The position numbers and the translations under genes were made by a program. A DNA stretch of 36,651 nucleotides from Octopus bimaculoides. Its lineage: Eukaryota. Numbering within the stretch: the stretch's first letter is position 1; every line of letters begins with the position of its first letter. The notes under the pieces were generated by a model. That model did no database searches. It was given only the letters and a program-made list of their open reading frames with translations, and had not been told where the DNA came from. The DNA is taken from positions 96,088,126 to 96,124,776 of the forward strand of contig NC_068987.1 of assembly GCF_001194135.2 (NCBI RefSeq), given 5' to 3'. Below are positions 22,731-35,500 of the stretch, piece after piece.

Positions 22731-23760
22731 ACAATAGAACTACACAGATAAAAATGTAGTGGAATCTGAACTTTGATAATCTTTATATTCATTGGAAAGG
22801 TGATAATAACTTGAGTACATCTGACTCTTGATGTTAATTGTTTGTAAACATGAAATACTGATTGGTGCCATAACAATAGAAGCTCCCAAAATCACTTTAT
22901 TCATATCAAACCAAATAAGTGTTTGATTTCATGCTGAAATTGATATTTGCATATGCATTTAACTAAATTGATATTTGCTGCTGAAATAGTTCACTGTTTT
23001 AAAAAAATAATTATGCAATTTACTGATTATACAATTTTCTACTCTGCAATCAAGCAGAATTGATGGTATTTATAATAGATATTATAGGATTAACTCTTGA
23101 TAGCTGAGTCTATTTAGCTGATAGTAGGAACCACAGCGTTATATTACCTTGTGCTGTAATTTGTAGCAGGTCTGTTGTGTATAAGCTTGCATTAGTGAAT
23201 ACACTACCTCTTGTAAGTGATAGTTTAAAATGATTGTCACTGTCATATTAGCAGTGTCATTCATTTCCAGTATTCTGCAAGAACACATCTGGCCATAGGG
23301 AAATATATTACCTTGCTTGGAAACAGGTGGGGTTGGCAACTGGAAGGGCATCTGATCATAAAGAATCTGCCTCTGTAAACTCTGTTGGACCTATGCAAGC
23401 ATGGAAAAGTGGACGCTAAAATGATGATGATAATAATGGTACAAATAGAGCAATTTTTGCCAGCTGTTCATGCATTTCCAAGGAGCAATTGCAATGCACT
23501 ACATCACAAATCATATTGTAAAACATGATAAGAAAGCATTTATAAACAACATGCTTATAGTACAAAGAATTCCCCACAAAAGTAGATGATCAGTGATGGA
23601 CATAATACTCATAACACTTCACAATACTAAATTAAGTTGGATAACATTCACTATTCACAAACATGTAATTGATGTTGTATTAATCTGATAATTCTAATTC
23701 CAGCATTAATCTAATATCAACACCCATCTCATTTGCTCTGTCTACTGTTTTATAAGGCAG

Positions 23761-23920
23761 TAGCATGCATGCTAACATCACTTCATCTGAAACAGACATG
23801 GACAACCGTTTTCGAGAAGTGGGCTACACGGGTCATCATCAGATGGGCTGCACTACTAAAGAAAATCCATTCATTTGTTGTGCCATTCAGAAAATCCCAC
23901 AGGCTGCAGTTTGCCAATGA
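23761..23920 (+). CDS. Candidate terminal coding exon, unknown protein (SMHANITSSETDMDNRFREVGYTGHHQMGCTTKENPFICCAIQKIPQAAVCQ*)
   Basis: Non-repetitive and CpG-retaining; pyrimidine tract with tandem acceptors TTTTATAAG/GCAG (23756, 23760); open frame to TGA 23918-23920. A second plus frame and one minus frame are also open, so the frame is not proven. Confidence 0.45.
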
Positions 23921-24229
23921 CTGAACTAAAAGATGAGACCTTGAAGGGCTAGAAACATTGATGATGGATTTGGAAATTTTGCTGTTTCAAACAAACTACA
24001 CACATAAAAATATTCACATATCTTGTTTTTTTATCTTCTGAGTTCAAGCTCTACTGGTCAACTTAGCCTTTCAGGGTCAATAAAATAAGCACTGGTCAAG
24101 TGCTGGAGTCAATGCAATTAAGAAACCCCTTCTCCAAAATTTCAGTCCTTGTGCCTATAGAAAAAATACATTTCAAAAGACAAAGTTTTCCTCATGCATG
24201 CAGATACATACTCCCACGCACATGCATAT

Positions 24230-24930
24230 TGGCTTCAAATTTTGGCACAAGGTCAGCAATTTTAGGGGAGGGATAACTCAATTACAATATTACATCAACC
24301 CCAGTGTTTAACTGGTACTTATTTTATCAACCTTGAAAAGATGAAAGGCAAAGTTGACCTCAGCAGAATTTGAACTCACAGCACAAAGACATGAAATGCC
24401 GCTAAGTATTTTTGCTCAGTGTGCTAATGATTCTGCGAGCTTGCTGCGCCTACACACACGTACATATTGGTTTGAAATTCTGGCTCAAGGCCAGCAATGT
24501 CAGGGAGGGGCTAAGTTGATTGCATCAACCCCACTCCTCAACAGGTACTTATTTTATCAACCCGACCCAAAGGATGAAGGGTAAAGTTGACCTCTGTGGA
24601 ATTTTGAACTCACAATATAAAGACGGGTGAAATGCTGGTAAGCATTTTACCTGCTGTCCTAACGATTTTGCCAGCTAACAATTCTGCCAGCTCACCATCT
24701 TACATACACGTACATGTTCTTTTCTACTCTAAGCACAAGGCTGAAATTTTGGAGGAGGGGGCCAGTCGATTAGATCGATCACAGTAAGCAACTGGTACTT
24801 AATCTATTGACTCCGAAAGGATGAAAGGCAAAGTTGACCTCTGCGGAATTTGAACCCAACGTAAAAACAGATGAAATACCACTAAGCATTTCGCCTGGCA
24901 TGCTAACGACTCTACCAGCTTGCCACCTTA
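24230..24930 (-). mobile_element. Head-to-tail stack of three family A-related SINEs
   Basis: Three ~230-bp units, each with GAAAGG(C/T)AAAGTTGACCTC and ending at an ACACACAC/GTACAT linker. Confidence 0.75.
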
Positions 24931-25044
24931 CACACACATACATATTAAAAATGTACAAAGCTTTAATTTCACCTCTCACCTTTATGTTTTTGTTATTGAT
25001 GTTTTTTTGGAGGGGTTTTGTGAAATTCTTCTAACACCTGTCAG

Positions 25045-25174
25045 TACCACTTACCACACTACTCCATCACAGCATTCTCTACCTGACTTATCACACTCAA
25101 GTAATTCCAGACATTTTAGCGGTGATGGTGACAGCCTGGTTGTGGCTGATGGTCGTTACAGTAGTTGTAGTTAA
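25045..25174 (+). CDS. Candidate alternative terminal coding exon (TTYHTTPSQHSLPDLSHSSNSRHFSGDGDSLVVADGRYSSCS*)
   Basis: TTCTAAC branch motif and CTGTCAG acceptor; open Ser/His-rich frame to TAA; followed by low-complexity UTR-like sequence. Confidence 0.3.
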
Positions 25175-26634
25175 ACCCCCCCACCGCCGGGTGATGGTAT
25201 GTTGGCGGTGACAGCGATCGGTCCTAGCGGTGACAGGTGATGATGCTTATAATAATTTCAGTTGTATTGACTGTGGTTATGATGATAACAGTGATTGCTG
25301 TAACGTAACAACAACAACAACAACAACGTAATGGTGGCAGGATGAGGGTGGGATGGGTGCTGATAGAAGTAGGTGAATCTCTCTCTTTCTCCCTCCCTCC
25401 CATCTTTACCCTTATGCGGAAAGGGGTGGCTATTTAATTTTGCTTTTGTTGTAAGAGGGTATGATGCTGACGTGATGGTGGTGGTGGTGGTGGGGAGAGG
25501 GGTTGTTTGTTTTAATATTCCTCCTCCTCCTCCTCTCTTCTCACCACCAAGCACCCTTTACATGCTCCATATTAGCTACTTTGGAATGCATTCTTTCTTG
25601 TTTCCCTTCTTATTTTGTCCGCTCTTTGCTATTTCCGCCTTTACTGGCATCTCAGGTGATGGCAGGGTTTATTATTATTCTTTATTTTTTATTTTCTATT
25701 TTTTTGCCAAGAGACTTCTCTCATTAGTCCTTCCTCTTCTCCCATCTCATTGTCAGGTTAGGGCTCTGCTTGTGTATAAGGCAGTGGAGTGGTGGATAAC
25801 AGTAATGGTGGTGGTGGTGATGGTGGTGTGAAGAGTAGCAAATAATAAGGTGAAGAGACACAATAGCTCTTGTTGATGTTCAAGATGCTGTTCCTGAGCG
25901 TATCATTATGTTCCAACCATCAGTCCACCAGCTAGAAATAGCAGTCAAGTATCCCTTGAATTACACAATGCTTGACTTACAAAAAGGGAAAGCTGCATAG
26001 CGGATTATGTCTGCAATATAATCCTCTATGTATGTCAGAGGTCTGCTCAATTAGGGTTGACCTGAAGCTATACGGCAACAGCAGCCCAAGAATGCTCTTT
26101 GTTATTCCTTAGACACATCTCACTTTCTTTGTCACTTCTCATCCCCATGCCCATCTGTATTCACTCATTCATGCTCTTGCCTCCCTCTCTCTCTTTCTCT
26201 CATTTTCTCTCTCTCTCTCTCTCTCTCTTTATCTCTCTCTCTCTCTCTCTCTCTCTCCTTTGTTTTCTATCTCTCTGTATTTAAAAACCCCATTTTAGTA
26301 ATTTAACTAACTTCTCTGTTCCACTAACAGCTCAGCTGATAATGATTGGGACGGTGAGTGTTGATGCGTGTTCATAGTTGTGATGATGTTAATGGGGTGG
26401 GTCGGGGCAGGTAGTTTTTGTTGGCTAGCCTCAGGTCTACTCTGATCAAGTAAAGCTTTGGTCAAAAGACATTCTAGCTGTGACCATCCTGCTTTTTTTT
26501 CTTCTTTTTTAGACAATGTATTTAGGACTGCATTGTCTACTATGTCTTTCCTTTTTTTTAAAGACAGTACAGTGTAATTTGAGAGAGATTTTACCACTAT
26601 TTCTATCAGATTTAGCTACCATGTTAGGAGTCCC

Positions 26635-27035
26635 TACATCATCATCATTTAACGTCCATTGTCCATACTGGCATGGATTGGATGGTTTGACTGGGCCAGC
26701 ATGCTGGAAGGCTGCACCAGGCTCCAGTCTGATTCGGCATGGTTTTCTACAGCTAGATGCCTTTCCTAACGCCAACCACTCCGAGAGTGTAGTGAGTGCT
26801 TTTACATGCCACCAGCACAGGTTCCATTTGCGTGACGCTGGGATGCATTTATGTGCCAATTTGTGTGACACCAGTATTTTCCACGGTTGTGATTTTGCTC
26901 GGCTTGATGGGTCTTCTTCTCAAGCATAACATAATGCCAAAGGTCTTGAGCATTGCTTCTGTGAGGCCCAACACTCGAAAGGAACTCGGCCACTTTGCCT
27001 CCATGAGGCCTACATGCTTCTTTATTGGTTAATAG
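26635..27035 (-). mobile_element. RTE LINE 3' end, older subfamily
   Basis: VGPHR/LGLTEAM...LWHYVMLEKKTHQAE remnant followed by the RTE UTR and (GAT)n. Confidence 0.7.
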
Positions 27036-27267
27036 CACCTAGGTTTCCTAAATGGTCATACTTTCATCTATGTACTTACTAGGCTCACTGTAACTTAACC
27101 CTTTTACTGTAAAAATGAGGTATGTCCACTCGAAATTTTATTATTCTTAACTGTACTTGTGAGTTGGTTTGGTAGATAGAAACTGAAAGAAGCCTGTCGT
27201 GTATGTGTTTTTATGTACCCTTGTCTAGATATTACATGATAGTTGTAAATGAGCATCATTCATCATC

Positions 27268-27792
27268 ATCATCATCGTTTAACGTCCGCTTTCCATGCTA
27301 GCATGGGTTGGACGATTTGACTGAGGACTGGTGAAACCGGATGGCAACACCAGGCTCCAATCTAATTTGGCAGAGTTTCTACAGCTGGATGCCCTTCCTA
27401 ACGCCAACCACTCAGAGAGTGTAGTGGGTGCTTTTACGTGTCACCCGCACGAAAACGGCCACGCTCGAAATAGTGTCTTTTATGTGCCACCCGCACAAGC
27501 CAGTCCAGGGGCACTGGCAACGATCTCACTCGAAAATCCTACGGGAGCCAGTCAGGCGGTACTGGCAACGGCCACGCTCAAAATGGTGCATCTCATGTGC
27601 CACCCGCACAAGAGCCAGTTCAGGGGCACTGGCAACGATCTTACTTGGCTTGCCGGGTCTTCTCACGCACAGCACATTTCCAAAGGTCTCGGTCAGTAGT
27701 CATCGCCTCGGTGAGGCCCAATGTACGAAGGTCTTGCCTCACCACCTCAGCCCAGGTCTTCCTGGGCCTACCTCTTCCACGGGTTGTCATGG
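27268..27792 (-). mobile_element. Young RTE LINE 3' end with intact ORF terminus
   Basis: TTRGRGRPRKTWAEVVRQDLRTLGLTEAMTTDRDLWKCAVREKTRQAK* (stop 27641-27643), then ~370-bp UTR and (GAT)n. Confidence 0.9.
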
Positions 27793-27820
27793 AAAATTGA
27801 ATGTTAAATAATTATTTTTG

Positions 27821-28190
27821 TTATTACCTCCGCCTTTACTAAGGTGGAGGTAATGTTTTCAGTCATGTGTGTTTGTTTGTCTGTGGACAAGATATCTCAA
27901 GAGTCGCTGGATGGATTTGGATGAAACTTTCAGGGATGTTTGGCCTCGTGACTGGCACAAACTGATTAGATTTTGGGATTGATCCAATATTGAACAAGGA
28001 TTCTGGATTATTTTTCCTGTTTTTTTTTTACTTAATTTTTGAAAGTGGTCGGGTTTATTTTTAGTATTCTTGTTTGTGAGAGCTGTCGAGTTTATTTCAG
28101 ATATTCACATTTTAAAAATCATCTCTGGCTAATCTTTGAGAGGATGTTGGTGTTGCCTTGGCAGAGGTTTGCACTCTCTGAGTGCTCTTG

Positions 28191-28192
<2 letters not shown>
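27821..28192 (+). mobile_element. Helentron-associated non-autonomous element (HINE/DINE-1-like)
   Basis: 5' ATTACCTCCGCC-N-GGTGGAGGTAAT inverted pair, (GTTT/GTCT) tract, 3' GGCAGAGGT sub-TIR and terminal hairpin GCACTC-TCT-GAGTGC, T-rich flanks. Confidence 0.8.
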
Positions 28193-28230
<38 letters not shown>

Positions 28231-28261
28231 GGTGGCGAGCTGGCACAGTAAATCATTAGCA

Positions 28262-28500
28262 CAGTACGGCAGTGAGCTGGCAGAAATGTTAGCATGCTGG
28301 GTGAAATGCTTAGCGGTATTTTGTCTGCCGTTACATTCTGAGTTCAAATTCCGCCGAGGTCGACTTTGCCTTTCATCCTTTCAGGGTCGATTAAATAAGT
28401 ACCAGTTATGCACTGGGGTCAATGTAATCGACTTAATCCGTTTGTCTGTCCTTGTTTGTCCCCTCTATGTTTAGCCCCTTGTGAGCAATAAAGAAATAAG
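28262..28500 (+). mobile_element. tRNA-derived SINE, family A, young copy
   Basis: Full head-to-AATAAAGAAATA copy; preceded by an aborted head at 28230-28262. Confidence 0.88.
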
Positions 28501-29900
28501 AATCATTAGCACACTGGGCAAAATGCTTAGTAGTATTCCATCCATCTTCATGTACTTTTAGTTGAAAGGACCATTATTACTGCTATTATTAGTAAGCAGA
28601 TGACTATGCCATCTGCTTACTAAAAATTATCCAGCCGACATTCATAAAAATGGTACTGATCCTACCTGTCACTTTTGAGGTACAATCAGAGAAACAACTG
28701 ACCATTTCATCTCTGGATGCTCTATGTTAGCTTCAACTGTGTATACTTATGCCATGATAGACTTGGTTGGTATTTATGCTAGATCATATGCCATCAGTTT
28801 GCACTACGAGAAGAATTGGTGGGAACCAAAGTTTGCCATAGTAGTAGAAAATAAAGACATAACTATACTTTGGAGATGGCACAGAAGCGTAAATATGATA
28901 TCAAGGCCAACCGGAGTGTGGTATGGAAGAATGTGCTGGCAGGAATGGTTGAAATGAAGGATTTGTGAATGTTTGTTGGAAAAAAATATAATTAAAAAGT
29001 TCTGATGCTCTGTGAGAACTAGAATGTAAGGAGTGGTGTGCAAAATGAAGGCAGACTGTGTAATAGTCAGTGATGAGTGTTGAGAAGTGGTGAAGAGGGT
29101 CGCAGATAAATATGGAACAGTAATAGGTACTATATTTATGAAAACGAAAAATATGATCATATATATATATATATATGTATGCATACACTCACCCTTCCAC
29201 ACATACACATGCACACACACACACACACACATACACATTTACATATAGTTTGATTATATACACACATATACATTCAAAATACATACATGCACGTACACAC
29301 AAACAAATACATATCTGCATATACACATATACAGAAATTTCTTTCATAAGGACATCCATGTATGTGGTGGTGGGGTATACAGTTCTTAAATTATAAGCTT
29401 CACTGGGAAAAGTAAACAAATGGAAATACATTTTTATATTTCTCTGAACAGAAAAATGCTGGAATTGTTCTTGCTAATTAGTTTCATTTTATTCATCAGA
29501 AAAACAACTATTATCTTCAGTCTACAAAGAGATTGATTGCTGTTAAGCTCGTTATATCAAACACAAACCAAGTCTCAGTTGAATTCATCATCATCGTTTA
29601 ATGTCTAGCTTTCATGCTGATATGGGTAGGACAGTTTGATAGGGTCTGACAATTTGGAGGGCTGCATCATACTTCAATGTCTATTTTGGCATAGTTTCTA
29701 TGGCTGGATGCCCTTCCTCATTCCATCCATTTTTACAGAGTGTACTGGGTCCTTTTTTTCATGATACCAGCATGAGTGATAATTGTCTTCTAACATGCAA
29801 GGCTAAAGGCCTAAAGTGGCCCCTATAACAGAGAGAACAGAAGTGAAAGTAGGTGATGATTCTAAGCAAAGGGCTAAAGGAAGTTCAGTAAGGTGCATGT

Positions 29901-29936
<36 letters not shown>

Positions 29937-30147
29937 CTGCAACACTGTCTCTCCACCTTATAGGATGAACAGAAAGCCAACATATATTTTTTCTTCAGAC
30001 ACAACAAAGCAGGCCCCTCTTGTAATTATTATAATTACTTCCTTATTCATTTACCAGATGCTACTTTAAAGTTCATTAGTGTTTTAATTGAAGGAAAAGG
30101 AAAGGTTTGTATTTTACTCTAAATGGATATTTTGATTATCATCATCA

Positions 30148-30322
30148 TCATCATCGTCGTCGTTTAACGTCCACTTTCCATGCTAGCATGGTTTGGACGA
30201 TTTGACTGAGGACTGGTGAAACCGGATGGTAACACCAGGCTCCAATCTGATTTGGCAGAGTTTCTACAGCTGGATGCCCTTCCTAACGCCAACCACTCAG
30301 AGAGTGTAGTGGGTGCTTTTAC
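30148..30322 (-). mobile_element. Short 5'-truncated young RTE 3' UTR
   Basis: Near-identical to 27268-27435. Confidence 0.85.
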
Positions 30323-30920
30323 TTTGATATGTGATAGAAATTGGAGTGAATTGTGAGGCTGTGGTGGGGTATGTACATTTATTGTTCTTGTTACAGCTAG
30401 GTGAAAAGGAGCTGGCAGAGAGTTAGATGTCTTAGTCGTACACACTGTACAGTGTGTATGTGTTGATGATGTTATATGTTTTCTTCAGGTATCTTATGTA
30501 TGTTTGTAGACACTGTGCAATGCATGTATGTGTACACACACACAGTTTTCATGTAGATAAGCATACACATACACTAGAACACCTTCTGAATTAAGGATTC
30601 TTTCCTTGATAGTCCACTCTATTGATTTGCTTGCATTTACAGCTGTCAATCTCTATGCCATTTGTAGATTATCTTGTCTGTAGGTTCTTCAACACCTCAC
30701 TCAAGCAGAAACTATCTCTGTGAGTTTCAACTGCAGTTTAGGGAAGTTCCAGAAAAGTGAATTGACAGGGATTATATTGTCATCATCTTGTAGGTTCAAG
30801 ATTTTGATGGTGTGAATGTTTATTTTTAAAATCACAATGTAGGGTAGATGTGAGAGGTAAGATCTGGTTCGTTTGAAAAGAAAACAGGTGGATGATTTGG
30901 GCCAGATATAGCTAGTTCAA

Positions 30921-31140
30921 CCCTTTAGCATTTAAACTGGCCATATCCAGCCAAAATAATCTACCTGTTTTATCTTTAAGCTGGCCAGATCTGGTCTCTC
31001 ACACTTCCCTTACAATATTATTCTAAAAATAAACAATCATGTCATTGAAATTTCAAAGCTTTGAGATAAACCATGATCAATTCAAAACAATATGACTATA
31101 TAAGCATTACATTTGACAGAGTAATCTTAATGCTAAAGGG
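30921..31140. mobile_element. 220-bp piggyBac-type MITE
   Basis: TIR CCCTTTAGCATT / AATGCTAAAGGG; flanks TCAA (degenerate) and TTAA. Confidence 0.8.
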
Positions 31141-32262
31141 TTAATCTTTTGTGTAGCTAGTGAGAAGGGAAATGATAGATTTGGTAAGTGCTACTTTTAG
31201 AGTTGGCCACTTAAGTGAAGTAAAGCACCCCAACCACCAATCAAAAGCAGGATCACCGACTTAGTTCACTGGGACCTTACCTTATCTGTAAACACTCCGA
31301 TTCTCATTCACGTGTCTACTCCTACATTATCTTTAATTACCTTCAGTCATGTGAACAACAGAACCTTCCAGTTATCTTGCTGTAACCATGTAACTGAAAT
31401 AAGTTTCTTAATTAGCATAAGTAAACCATGTGACTACCAAGTGTGTTTTATACAAACGAGACAATATAATTTCTTTGAAAAAAAAAAAAAAGTCTTAAAA
31501 TATTTCATAACGATTTGTGTGTATGTGTATGCATGTACACAGGCATAGTGTGTATGCATGTACACTTGTGTGTGTGAGTGTGTGCGTGTAATTGCGTGTG
31601 AATTAAATTAATAATGTTAATTTTGGAATCTTCATCATTTCAAATTTTTCTTTCCTCATGGCTATGTATTCAGTTCAGGACCATTATGTCAGCAATCTGT
31701 TCAACTCGTCTTGCATATTTCTTCTCTGTTAGAATCTTACTTTTGTTGCTGTTTGTTTTCCTTTATTCTTCTCATCCTTTATTTATTTTTGTCGCATTTG
31801 TCGCAATTGTAGCATTACAGTAATTGTATTTAGACGCAGCCAACAGTGAAATGCATAATTGTTTAATTATCACTACAGCGTGCATTACTGTTGTTGCCAT
31901 CTGTTGAATTTTTTGTGTTTTCAGTCCTGGCAGTGTTGATGCTGATGGTGACAGTGGAGAGGATGGTGGTGGTGGTACAGCCTCATGGATACGTTTCTAT
32001 TTTCACACTACTTTCTTACACGTGCTCTTCTTTGTGTATTGGTTTTAGTTATATTGTATTGTATATAGAAAATATAAGCATATGGTATCATATACGAGAA
32101 ATATTGCTGTATTATGTCCATGAAATATTATAGCCTAATGATATTCTGTGCATAAGATATAGACATAGGCGTTTGTGTTTGTCCTGCTTGACAACTACTG
32201 TTGGTGTGTTTAGGTCCATGGAACTTAGTAGCTCAGCAAAAGACACTATTTCTAGTTCCTGC

Positions 32263-32352
32263 TCATAAATCAGTGCAGATTATGAGGGGCTCTGGACCAT
32301 TAGTGTCCGGTAAGGTGTTGTTGTATTGGTGGTTGCTCTCCTTCCCTGGTCC
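32263..32352 (-). CDS. Candidate terminal coding exon of a minus-strand gene (GPGKESNHQYNNTLPDTNGPEPLIICTDL*)
   Basis: Strong acceptor TTTTTATTTTCCTCTCAG|G; exactly 30 codons to TGA; non-repetitive; AATAAA signals downstream near 31760-31790; C-terminus fits a class I PDZ ligand (x-T-x-L). Confidence 0.55.
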   Translation of the reverse strand, partial: GPGKESNHQYNNTLPDTNGPEPLIICTDL

Positions 32353-32474
32353 CTGAGAGGAAAATAAAAACTGGTTTAACTACAGTCTGCTTTTTGATAA
32401 TAAGGCAAATGTATGTTTACTAATATACAGGTTATATACGTATAATGCTTTAACAAATCACTATACACGTGCAC

Positions 32475-32520
<46 letters not shown>

Positions 32521-35500
32521 TTTTCTACAATCATTCTAGTGTAGCTTCATGTGCAGACATCAGTTAATTAACAAGTGAGTGTTGTTTAATAGTGCTGCGT
32601 GCCTTGGTGACTTGGCTTATGTGTGCAGATGACATTAGCTGCAGGGCAGTTTTCTTCTCTCTGAACTGGTATTCTGAATATATGTGTTTATGTATGTGCA
32701 TATGCATATATGTATGTTTATATATATATGTATGTGTTTATGTATGTGTGCGTGTGTGTGTGTATTTATAAATATATATATGTGTGTGTGTATGTATATT
32801 TACACACACACACACATACAAAATAAGAAAGGAAGAGAATGAAAGAAATAGAAGACAGTTTTTAAGTTGAAGAGAGGGATGTTGGGTGAAGTAGAGTGAG
32901 GAGAGATAAGCTTGGAAGATATTATAAAATGGTTGCTAGTTAGAGGAAAGGAGAGAGGTGGAAGATGACCAGGTGAATAAATAGGCATAAAATTATCCAG
33001 ATAGGGAGATATAGGGACTTAGTTACAAAGTAAGAAGGTGATTCAATATATGTAAACTCATATAATTGATATGTATACAGTTATTCTTTCTGTTACTGAA
33101 CTTTTGATTACACACACACACATACATATATATGTACACACACACACACATATATATGCATATGCATTTGTCAACAAACATACATGCACAAACACATTCA
33201 TTTATTGACAAACACATATGCACATGCACACTCACACATACACACATGCACACGTGTACTGTATTAGATGGCATGAAATATGCACTGAAAAACTCTTTTA
33301 CTAGTTTCAGCTTGAGAGCTGCAACCATGCTGGGTCACCACCATTAACACACTCCAATTTCAGCTGCACATATTTTTTTTTGGGTGAGGGGAAGTTTTTA
33401 GGGTATTCATGGACAAAATTAGCTTATGGAAGGTCCAATTTTACATATAAGACCCGGGTTGATTTTGGGGGACATTTTCGGAAAAATAAGTACATCTTAT
33501 ATGCAATCAAACATGGTTACTGAATGCATACATGCACATGTGCTTACAGCTGTATATAAGGATTGTATTTACACATGTTACTCACACATTCATATATGAA
33601 CATAACCACATATTCAAAAGTACAGAGTGCACACACTATCCATTTACGATCACATAGACACATAGTCTTTTTAATGCATATAGCACACAAGTACATAACT
33701 CCACACTTATATATAATGCACACAAGTAATGAACCCCTGTCTAATTGTTCAAGCTGCTAGAAATTGTGACCTAATTATCTTTAAATAACATTCTGCAGTT
33801 TTAAAAACAAGGAAGGCCACATTGAATAATGTTGACCTAGACACACTGTGTCTGTAAGTAAAAGAATGGGTGGTTATGACTGGAAAACATATGATCATAT
33901 GTTTGTTTGATCAGAGTAAATCTGGGGTTAAACAATAGTAATAAAACATAAATAAAACAACAACATCTGCTACTATAGATGAAAATAAATCTCCTTTGGT
34001 TGTAGAACTTGTGTTGATGTGATGGATGAAGAATCCAGGCACCTGAGTGTCTGTGGATAATGCCTTCATAAGACTTTAGAGATTACAATCTCTTCAGAGA
34101 TTGGTGATGATGCAACACACTCAGTGTTCACTTGAATAAATATGACTGTTAGCCAAAAATTTGAGAGTAAAGAATAAACTGAAATGGTTTCCTGCTGAAT
34201 GAAGTTTCAGGACGTCATCTAAGATCAAGGTTGGTTGGGGTAGGGAGTTTTGAATAAGGAGTGGGAGTGCAAGATTGGGGTTGGATGAAAGGCTAGGATT
34301 TCTGGCAGAGGTACAAGCATGGACTAATAACCAGTCTTCTTGTGATAATGTCTCAGGATTGTCCAGCAAATTGACTTGTAGAAAGCCAGAGCTCCTTAAA
34401 GTGTTGGTGTAGTATGGCATGATTCAAAATCGGGCTGTGAATCAAGGTTCTGTCGTATCTGAGTGACTGATCCAGCCTCATGACAATGACTGAAGAAAGA
34501 AATGCAGGTCATGTCATGACTCAGACAACCTGCAACCCTGAAGTGAGTCATATGTCGTTACTGTTGTTGAAAGAAAGTGAGTAAATGGCTGTATGAAAAA
34601 GATGTGACTGCAGGAGCAAGCAAACTGGTGGTGGTGGTGGCGGTGGTGGCGGTGGTGGTTTTGGCAGCAGCAGCAGCCGTTGTCGTTGTCATCGTTATGG
34701 GGATAAGGGTTGTAGCAGTGATTTTAGTAATGATTATTGTTGTGGGATTATTGGTGGTGTTGGTGATTATGGTGACAGGTGATGTTGGATGGGACTTCAA
34801 GACAAGTAATAATGCCTCTTTGTATGTGTGTGTGCTTGCATGCATATTTATGTGTGTGCTTTATGTAATGAAAGTAGTTGTTACTTTTTAAGGTGACTGA
34901 AGGTGATATAATCATTGGGGATTGACTTCTTATTCTCCGTGTTCTACTTGGTCTTCATGATCATGCCTTTCTCATTAACTAACCCTTCTGCTTTCGTACC
35001 TCCCCCCCCCCCGCTATCTTACTTATGCAACTTACATCTTTGACATAATTATGGTTTTGCCGCTCGTGTTGGTTGTATGATAAATCCGTGGTGGACATGG
35101 TATGGTTGATTATGTAGTGGTATTGATGGAATCATAGTCAGTTGTAGTTGTGGTGGTTGTGACATAGACAGTCATGAAATCATGAGAAGTGTTAATGCTG
35201 TGGTTATAGTGGTTTATGCTAATCTGTGATGAGATTAATTATACAGATCTATAAGGCAGTGAGTTGGCTGAGTCGTTAGGATGCCGGGCAAAACGCTTGG
35301 TGACATTTCGCTTGTCTTTACATTCTGAGTTCAAATTCCACTGGGGTCTTACATCCTTTCAGGATCAATAAAATAAGTATCAGTTAAACACTGGGTGGGT
35401 CAATGCAATCAACTTACACCCTCCCCAAAATTGCTGGTCTTGTCCCAAAAATTGAAGCCAATAATGCTGATTTGTTGTTAGTGATGATGATGATGATGGT

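Noticed and set aside
27318-27345. CTGAGGA-CTGGT-GAAA-CCGG in young RTE 3' UTRs
   Set aside because: No stem II and no valid NUH; older copies lack the GAAA.
31270-31410. Minus-strand splice-like signals (acceptor ~31400, donors AAG|GTAATT and AAG|GTAAGG) and mini-ORF MRIGVFTDK
   Set aside because: The candidate 53-nt exon has stops in all three frames and lies downstream of the putative terminal exon; unsupported.
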